In this document: positions 63,498-64,000 of the stretch, piece by piece
Numbering within the stretch: the first letter of the stretch is position 1
Layout: the number at the start of each line of letters is the position of its first letter
NCBI GenBank assembly: GCA_022778545.1
Contig: JALFDW010000039.1
Span: forward strand, 33,216 to 97,215
Direction of reading: 5' to 3'
DNA from: a bacterium
Lineage (GTDB): Bacteria; Bacillota; Clostridia; Christensenellales; CAG-138
Length of the DNA stretch: 64,000 bases
The notes under the pieces: generated by a model
Told to the model about the DNA's origin: nothing
The model's database searches: none
Seen by the model: only the letters and a program-made list of their open reading frames with translations
Translations under genes and position numbers: made by a program

Positions 63498-64000
63498 TTA
63501 TTTCTGCTCGATCGCAAAGACTTCGTCGCTGTCCTTTTCCTTATCCATCAGCTTGGAGAGCACAATGTAGAGAACGAAGCCCGCAATCATGCCGCACACG
63601 CTGGAGGGCAGCGGGACAGCCGCCTGGTTCGCTACAACAATACGGCAAATAATGAAACCGCACACCCATGCGATGAAGGCAGAAAGGCGGAAACCAGCAG
63701 GCATACGATAGCTATTTGCCTTGGGCGAATTCATGACCCAGAAGTGCGCGATCAGAATGCCGGCAAACGGCGTGGTGAATGCGCCGAGGTAACCCAGCCA
63801 GGTACCGAAGTTCTTAGCAAAGCCGAAGGTAGAAGCAAGAACGGCGATCGCAACGCAGATGATCGTCCAGCCCCACTTGGGGATTTTGATGCCGACGAGG
63901 TCGCTCAGATTCGTAAATGCAAGAGAGGAAGAATAAACGTTGTTGTCCGTGGTCGTCCAAAGTGCCAGGAGAAGGATAATCAGCCCGGGAACGAGGAGGC
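63498..64000 (-). CDS. NCS1-like nucleobase/cytosine permease, C-terminal part (5' end outside the window)
   Basis: I hand-translated the frame up to 64000 with no stop: ...WTTTDNNVYSSSLAFTNLSDLVGIKIPKWGW...FAGILIAHFWVMNSPK...; several TM helices. Confidence 0.65.
   Translation of the reverse strand, partial: LLVPGLIILLLALWTTTDNNVYSSSLAFTNLSDLVGIKIPKWGWTIICVAIAVLASTFGFAKNFGTWLGYLGAFTTPFAGILIAHFWVMNSPKANSYRMPAGFRLSAFIAWVCGFIICRIVVANQAAVPLPSSVCGMIAGFVLYIVLSKLMDKEKDSDEVFAIEQK

Overview
This is a 64-kb chromosomal segment from a high-GC anaerobic Firmicute of class Clostridia. The gene content resembles gut Oscillospiraceae/Ruminococcaceae, but that is inference only. I can support about 60 protein genes and 2 tRNAs. 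I saw no rRNA, CRISPR array, transposase or integrase. Most long ORFs lying antisense to real genes are high-GC shadow ORFs. Main blocks: (1) 1-9.3 kb holds a CorA-topology orphan, a CAT-family acetyltransferase, a MarR regulator with a heterodimeric ABC exporter, a kinase and PcrA. (2) 9.4-9.6 kb holds tRNA-Gly(GCC) and tRNA-Lys(CTT). (3) 11.5-21.3 kb is a complete methylaspartate-pathway cluster for glutamate fermentation: CitE/CitF-like citramalate lyase, a two-subunit Fe-S hydratase (mesaconase candidate), a GntR regulator, GlmS-GlmL-GlmE glutamate mutase and methylaspartate ammonia-lyase. (4) 21.4-26.1 kb is a hydrogenase operon: a group-B-like [FeFe] hydrogenase, a thioredoxin-like [2Fe-2S] protein, a PAS-containing sensory hydrogenase (HydS type) and a PP2C phosphatase. 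(5) 26-38 kb holds MurNAc recycling genes (MurQ plus a BadF-type kinase), assorted small genes, a cyanophycinase-like lipoprotein, serA-serC and an orphan arcA. (6) 38.1-47.1 kb is a 7-gene minus-strand operon (acyl-CoA synthetase, SSS symporter, IorA, IorB, PaaK, ACT protein, aminotransferase). It is preceded by a clearly readable T-box leader whose specifier aligns to UAC (Tyr). I consider this the most interesting signal, because it implies a starvation-induced arylacetate-to-aromatic-amino-acid route. (7) 47-64 kb holds a PPi-type PFK, Tmk, a PadR module, transporters, HflX, a PQQ-repeat protein, a 3-subunit xanthine-dehydrogenase-family enzyme with a YheO-type regulator, and a partial NCS1-like permease. 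All functional calls rest on motif and family recognition by eye. No database search was run.
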